The position numbers and the translations under genes are program-made. From Geotalea daltonii FRC-32 (GTDB lineage: Bacteria > Desulfobacterota > Desulfuromonadia > Geobacterales > Geobacteraceae): DNA of 32,000 nucleotides. The stretch is from positions 1,110,001 through 1,142,000 of the forward strand of contig NC_011979.1 in the NCBI RefSeq assembly GCF_000022265.1, in the 5' to 3' direction. Of this stretch, positions 28,201 through 32,000 are shown piece after piece (positions within the stretch are counted from its first letter, which is position 1; every line of letters starts with the position of its first letter). The notes beneath the pieces were generated by a model. That model ran no database searches, was not told where the DNA came from, and saw only the letters and a list, made by a program, of their open reading frames with translations.

Positions 28201-29271
28201 CAAACCCAGATCGACAGCAGCGGCACCAGCAGCTACAGCTATCAGTCCGGCAGCAACAGGCTAACAGGAATCACAGGAGCAAACCCAGCAACCTTCGGCT
28301 ACGACACCAACGGCAACACAGCAACTGAAAACGGCAAGATCTACACCTATAACCAGAATCAGCGATTGATCCAGGCAGCAGCAAATGAGACCGGCAGCTA
28401 CAGTTACAACGCCCAGGGCCAACGCACCAAGAAGACCGTCAATGGCGTCACCACCTATTTCATCTTCGACCAGCAAGGGCAACTGTTAACCGAATCAGCC
28501 ACCAATGGCACACAAGCGGAATACATCTACCTGAGCAACCAGCCACTGGCCAAGATCGACGCCACCGGCACGAACTATGTCCACACCGATCATCTGGGCA
28601 CGCCTACCATGATGACCGATGCGGCCGCAACAAAAGTTTGGGAGATAGAGGCCAGACCATTCGGGGACAGTGCAAACATTACCGGCACAGCCTCTCTTAA
28701 TCTTCGCTTCCCAGGCCAGTACGCAGATAGTGAATCAGGGTTAAACTACAATTACTTCAGGGATTACAATCCAGGCATTGGTAGGTATATCCAAGCTGAT
28801 CCGGTTGGGCTAGATGAGGGCGTCACTCTGTTCATTTATTCTGGTAACGATCCCATTTTGAACGAAGATCCTCTAGGTTTGTGGGTAAAAAGGTGTTCGA
28901 GAGCACTTGGGAATAAAAATAAACCTAAGACTTCCAAATACAACCCTTTAAGGCATGACTACTTGAGTGTAAGCGGTACATTCGTTGGATTTCAGAGGGG
29001 TAGCAACATGCTTTGGAGTAAAGGAAGGGTAGATGTAGGTAAGGATAAAGAAGAAGATAACGGCAAATGCCATACTACAATTTGTAGTGATGACAGATTC
29101 GATAAGTATGTTATGGCGTTTGTGGACTATGCTCCAACTTATTGCATAGCAGCTAACCCAGACACAATACAACATGCTGCTGGTGCCAGAAACTGCCAAA
29201 CTTGGGCAGATACAGTTATAAAAAAGGCAAAAGAGAATTACAGAAAGAATGAAACCTGCCCAAAGTGCTAA
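25225..29271 (+). CDS. RHS/YD-repeat protein with N-terminal Sec signal peptide and C-terminal polymorphic toxin domain
   Basis: AGGAGG RBS. Signal peptide ends CAHA|GTD. Dozens of YD repeats follow the pattern YxYDxxGNxxxxxD. The RHS-associated core end reads PGQYADSESGLNYNYFRDYNPGIGRYIQADPVGL...NEDPLGL. Confidence 0.92.
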   Translation: MLRWSKNFSHSFCFLLTITSLSVFPVCAHAGTDAKSADEAAIQALSAEGSDAGTNNPAYAGKPVSLNGGAETFQRTDLTLGNLLPISIKRRYNSKSGYDSPSGYGWAHNYDKRLYTYSDGSVVIRKETGWKRQFTPSGVGFITPVGETGILTINQDGSYTYTEKDGGKELYDPKGRLVKMTDPNGSYLILSYESATRFSLWGLLPWNINQTNPLKVAYDYHLSRIDEFTPSGTTTGAWVTFQYDTSTGRLTSISDSLGRNVTYGYDTIGNLASVVTPLSSAQYAYTDPTNKHLMTTVDEGDGPYANTYDKAGRVVRQTHGTGQIDIEYTVPRKTTKVTTTIKDGTGLLLNTNIRTVEFDDNGQVAKETDTLGNVTTYIRNQQTWITRKEQWENTGTIASPTLVLKAAINYTYDSIGNVLTSTQAPGTPQEKQAIYTYDPTFNHQTSESAASVVNPAISKITSHTYDSKGNRQSTTETGLLGDGTPYSYATTYENDANGRVTRIDGPRTDVQDVTTFTYDANGNMLTKTEALIGTTRYDNYDALGNPGTITDPNGNATTYTYDTAGRALFVKAPGDINPTEYTYTTGGCGSCGGSTNRIASIIQPEGNRIDYTYDTNGKLTKIADSQNNSINYSYDSEGNKLKEEIKDPSGILQKTISYQYDVINRLKQIKNPDATYTEFGYDALGNRTSSKDPKQNLTTSQYDALSRLTATIQPGNVTTGFTYDTNNNLTTVTDANSNSTTYKYDDLGRVYQTISPDTNTTTYSYDPAGNLKTKTDAKGIIIAYTYDDANRLTRTSFPTDPAITYSYDTCINGKGRVCTITDQSGTTTYEYTKKGQIAKETRTIDGIAYITQYTYDMNGNTKTIIYPSGRVITYSYSNDKPTTVSSTYAGITTTIANNISYKPFGGMTALTYGNGLARTITYDNQYRISTMITGTLQNLTYGYDANGNITAITNTLDNTKNKSYTYDSLDRLGSGTGPWGTITWTYDGVGNRQTQIDSSGTSSYSYQSGSNRLTGITGANPATFGYDTNGNTATENGKIYTYNQNQRLIQAAANETGSYSYNAQGQRTKKTVNGVTTYFIFDQQGQLLTESATNGTQAEYIYLSNQPLAKIDATGTNYVHTDHLGTPTMMTDAAATKVWEIEARPFGDSANITGTASLNLRFPGQYADSESGLNYNYFRDYNPGIGRYIQADPVGLDEGVTLFIYSGNDPILNEDPLGLWVKRCSRALGNKNKPKTSKYNPLRHDYLSVSGTFVGFQRGSNMLWSKGRVDVGKDKEEDNGKCHTTICSDDRFDKYVMAFVDYAPTYCIAANPDTIQHAAGARNCQTWADTVIKKAKENYRKNETCPKC
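28882..29268 (+). other. 129-aa C-terminal toxin domain of the RHS protein (after DPLGL, residues 1220-1348)
   Basis: It begins right after the DPLGL motif (28867-28881). The DNA turns AT-rich here, unlike the RHS core. It contains RHDYLSVSG and ARNCQTWAD (His-then-Cys order) plus CHTTIC and CPKC. Confidence 0.7.
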
Positions 29272-29281
29272 CGGAGGAACA

Positions 29282-29704
29282 ATGGCAGAAATTAAAGAAC
29301 TAATACTTGCTTTGTTTTTTGCACAAACTATTATACTGACCCAATCACCAATTTCAATCAGTGAAAATTGGACAGATGTGCCACTCAACAAGCCGTTAAA
29401 GGTAATAAATGAAGGTGCAACATTGTATGTAGATGTTACAGAAATATCGAAACTAGAAAGAAATATAGAAAAACTAGATAAGATGTTCCCAAAACATTGT
29501 CTTATTGCGATATTGCAAGACAAAAATGGACAGAGTTTCACTTTTATGAACGAAAGTGCCTACTCGTTTACCAATAAGAACACTTCACTCATATTAGTCA
29601 GCAGTAGCAGGCTAGATAAAAAAACACCGTTTATCAAGCTGAAAGTCAAAAGTTCTGTCAGGTTAAAAAATGTCAAAATTAGTTGGTCTAACTACGAGAA
29701 GTAA
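29282..29704 (+). CDS. candidate cognate immunity protein (140 aa) with N-terminal hydrophobic segment
   Basis: ATG at 29282 is preceded by GGAGG, 10 nt after the RHS stop. It has the same AT-rich composition as the toxin domain. The N-terminus is MAEIKELILALFFAQTIILTQSP. The position is typical of RHS immunity genes. Confidence 0.55.
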   Translation: MAEIKELILALFFAQTIILTQSPISISENWTDVPLNKPLKVINEGATLYVDVTEISKLERNIEKLDKMFPKHCLIAILQDKNGQSFTFMNESAYSFTNKNTSLILVSSSRLDKKTPFIKLKVKSSVRLKNVKISWSNYEK

Positions 29705-29724
29705 CTTATATGCAAATAAACGAG

Positions 29725-29750
29725 CCTGTAAAATCGTTTGTGTAAATGGC
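29725..29750. repeat. IS256-family left inverted repeat
   Basis: CCTGTAAAATCGTTTGTGTAAATGGC compared with the reverse complement of the right end, CCTGTAAATAATTTTGTGTAAATGGC. Confidence 0.75.
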
Positions 29751-29784
29751 CATATTCGGTTATCACCAACCGAAGGAGAAACTG

Positions 29785-31000
29785 ATGGCCACTACCGACG
29801 AACTGCTTGATGCACTGATGAAAGACTACAAGAAGCCCGAAGACCTAATTGGCGAGAATGGGCTTCTGAAACAACTGACCAAGAAGCTGCTGGAGCGGGC
29901 AATGCAGGCCGAGATGACCGAGCATCTAGGCTACGAGAAGCACGCCCCCAACGGAGCCAACAGCGGTAACTCCCGCAATGGCAGCTACAAGAAGACGGTC
30001 AAAGGAGATTTCGGCAACCTTGAAATGACAGTCCCTCGGGACCGCCAGTCATCCTTCGAGCCGATCATCGTCCCCAAAGGAGAGAGCCGCTTTACCGGCT
30101 TCGATGACAAGATCATCTCCATGTATGCCCGTGGCATGACCACGCGGGATATTCAGGGGCACCTGGAGGAAATCTACGGTGTAGAAGTCTCCCCAACCCT
30201 GGTATCACAGGTCACCCAAGCCGTTACCGAAGAAATTACCCTATGGCAGAATCGCCCGCTTGATGACGTGTACCCGATCATGTACCTCGATGCCGTGCGG
30301 GTTAAAGTCAGGCACGAAGGACGGGTGATCAACAAAGCTGTTTACCTGGCCATTGCCGTTACCTTCACCGGGGTCAAAGAAAGTCCTCGGCATGTGGACT
30401 GCCGAAACCGAGGGTGCCAAGTTCTGGCTCCAGGTAGTTACGGAACTGAAGAACCTAGGCGTCAAGGACATCTTCATCGCCTGCGTCGATGGACTCAAAG
30501 GCTTCCCTGAGGCCATCGAAGCGGTATTTCCTAAAACCCAGGTTCAGCTCTGCATCGTCCACATGGTGCGCCACAGCCTGAATTACGTGTCCTGGAAGCA
30601 GCGCAAGGAAGTTGCCGACGATCTGAAGCAGATCTACCAGGCAGCAACCCTGCAGCAGGCCGAAGCGAATCTGGAAGCATTCGAAACCAAGTGGAGTGCC
30701 ACCCATCCGACCATCGGCAAATCGTGGTGCAGGAACTGGGAGCGGATCATTCCCTTCTTCTCCTATCCGCCTGAAATCCGGAAAGCCATTTATACAACCA
30801 ACGCCATAGAATCGCTGAACATGTCGCTGCGGAAGGTCACCAAGAACCGGGCATCATTCCCAAACGACGAAGCTATGCTGAAACTGCTCTACCTAGCCCT
30901 GAAGAACATCGAGAAAAAGTGGACTATGCCGATCAGAGACTGGAAATCGGCACTCAACCAGTTCACCATTATGTTTGAAGAAAGAATGCCTGCTCTTTAA
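29785..31000 (+). pseudogene. IS256-family transposase split into two frames by a +1 frameshift
   Basis: The N-terminal part MATTDELLDALMKDYKKPEDLIGENGLLKQLTKKLLERAMQAEMTEHLGYEKH... runs in the frame of 29746..30510. The C-terminal part ...KKVLGMWTAETEGAKFWLQVVTELKNLGVKDIFIACVDGLKGFPEAI... runs in the next frame (30353..31000). Removing one G from GGGG at 30370-30373 would join them as AVTFTG-SKKVLGMW. Confidence 0.75.
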
Positions 31001-31007
31001 ACCGAAA

Positions 31008-31033
31008 GCCATTTACACAAAATTATTTACAGG
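31008..31033. repeat. IS256-family right inverted repeat
   Basis: GCCATTTACACAAAATTATTTACAGG is the reverse-complement partner of 29725-29750. Confidence 0.75.
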
Positions 31034-31100
31034 ACCCCCCAGCGGGTTTCACTTTTTTCCTAAAAACAACTTTGTCGATTTAATAATTCCTTTCCTGGTT

Positions 31101-31343
31101 GTGTGGGCTGCCTCCTTTGTTTATACCGGCATAATAGGCGGGATACTTTGGATGCCTTTACATAAATTTAAATCAGACAACATTCTAACATACATCCTTA
31201 TTGCCATTGTATTCACATCTTTATTGTCACTTGGCACGAATCATGGTGTATCGCTATTGGGGATAGGCATGAGTTCAACAAATGCAATAATGATAAGATT
31301 GCTAGAAATTAAGATATTCAAACTCAGTAATAAAGCCACCTGA
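31101..31343 (+). CDS. small hydrophobic (2-3 TM) ORF; true start uncertain and possibly truncated by the IS
   Basis: The frame is open from inside the IS (30975) to 31343. The part outside the IS (31034 onward) has no convincing RBS; the first in-frame start outside the IS is GTG at 31101. An open frame of about 100 codons in very AT-rich DNA is unlikely by chance. Confidence 0.25.
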   Translation: MWAASFVYTGIIGGILWMPLHKFKSDNILTYILIAIVFTSLLSLGTNHGVSLLGIGMSSTNAIMIRLLEIKIFKLSNKAT

Positions 31344-31450
31344 CAGCCTGGCTCCGATATCGGAAAGTGAGCCTTTTTCATCAGCGTCTAAGCCCCCATC
31401 AGGAGCTTTGCACTGGCACAGGACTCAAAATATTAGAAACAGAGGTGCTC

Positions 31451-32000
31451 ATGGTGATTTTTAATATGAGAGCAATAATAGTCGTGGCTGCATTGCTTCA
31501 AGCAGTGCCAGTATATGCCGATACTCCGTGCCAAGCTCTTCAACGACAACTAGATTACTATTTACATGACATTATTGGTTGTCACTATACTGCGGAGTAT
31601 AGTGATAGAAATATAAATATCTATAAAGAATGTGATCCACCACCAACCGTCAAAACTATCACTTATTCAGCCGGTGGAGTCACTCGCACTGTAACTGATA
31701 CAGCACAATGCTGTAGTAAATCTCCTTGTTATGAACGAGATAGGTATTATGAGGAATTTACCACCATTTATTACAACACTCGGGTTGAATACGCATATTG
31801 TGATAACACTTCAACAGTTGAAGAATTCGGGTATGGAGCTTTTCCTGAATATCCATTCGTGTCTTCAGCAATATGTGGCATAACATATCCTATTAGACCA
31901 CCCACTGTTTTAACTTATGGTTGTCCAAGTCCCCAAAAAACCTTAGAGGCAACCTTAGATATCCCACCCGAATGTAAGTGTTTAGATCCGAATGATCCTT
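31451..32000 (+). CDS. paralogue of the Cys/Tyr-rich secreted protein (24452..25156); 3' end cut by the window edge
   Basis: Not in the ORF track because it has no stop in the window. My translation gives MVIFNMRAIIVVAALLQAVPVYA|DTPCQALQRQLDYYL...KTITYS...CC...YCD...YG...IPPECKCLDPNDP, 183 codons with no stop. It aligns with PAYA|VTPCQSIQQQVDLYL...KTVTYS...CC...YCD...YG...IPANCNDCYDSSDP. Confidence 0.7.
   Translation, partial: MVIFNMRAIIVVAALLQAVPVYADTPCQALQRQLDYYLHDIIGCHYTAEYSDRNINIYKECDPPPTVKTITYSAGGVTRTVTDTAQCCSKSPCYERDRYYEEFTTIYYNTRVEYAYCDNTSTVEEFGYGAFPEYPFVSSAICGITYPIRPPTVLTYGCPSPQKTLEATLDIPPECKCLDPNDP

Larger units (their letters stand above)
29725..31033 (+). mobile_element. IS256-family insertion sequence (~1.31 kb)
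   Basis: Terminal inverted repeats of 26 bp (22 matching positions) flank a Mutator/IS256-type transposase reading frame. The GC content is higher than in the surrounding AT-rich DNA. Confidence 0.8.

Noticed and set aside
29249-29281. Track start of the immunity ORF overlapping the RHS 3' end
   Set aside because: The ATG at 29282 has a GGAGG RBS and does not overlap. The upstream Met has no RBS.
28948-29541. 197-aa minus-strand ORF spanning the toxin tip and immunity gene
   Set aside because: It would overlap two plus-strand genes that have strong RBSs and the expected RHS-tip/immunity arrangement. No RBS was seen. It cannot be fully excluded, because long ORFs are rarer in AT-rich DNA.

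Overview
Domain calls here rest on motif recognition by eye; no searches were run. The window looks like chromosomal DNA from a GC-rich Geobacter/Desulfuromonadales-like bacterium, inferred from gene content only.

Bases 1-18.57 kb carry ordinary core genes:
- an NrfC/NrfD-like oxidoreductase pair
- a class V aminotransferase
- a zinc-ribbon miniprotein and a rubredoxin
- GTP-dependent PEP carboxykinase
- a REC-PAS-GGDEF-EAL protein
- an XRE-cupin regulator
- HtrA/DegP
- RluD followed by PgeF(YfiH)
- a lipoprotein
- a GAF-fused GspE/PilB-type ATPase followed 8 nt later by a CHASE2 nucleotidyl cyclase

At about 18.57 kb the composition drops sharply. Hand-counted 60-nt samples give about 67% GC before the break and about 28% after it. 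From there to the window end the DNA is an accessory, mosaic region.

This region holds a same-strand, tightly spaced module of four genes:
1. an about 1800-aa secreted protein with three near-identical ~822-bp tandem beta-helix repeats, a degenerate fourth module and FlgD-Ig-like modules
2. a 234-aa Cys/Tyr-rich secreted protein ending in five CC doublets
3. a 1348-aa RHS/YD-repeat protein with a Sec signal peptide, a DPLGL core end and an AT-rich 129-aa C-terminal toxin domain
4. a small candidate immunity gene

Downstream lie an IS256-family element with a frameshifted transposase and no target-site duplication, then a hydrophobic ORF with no convincing start. Last is an ORF absent from the supplied track (31451 to the window end). 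It is a clear paralogue of the Cys-rich protein, which suggests a second cassette begins there.

No T6SS, Tc-toxin, CdiB or T7SS delivery genes are visible. The RHS module with its conserved Cys-rich partner is therefore my best candidate for an undescribed delivery or competition system.
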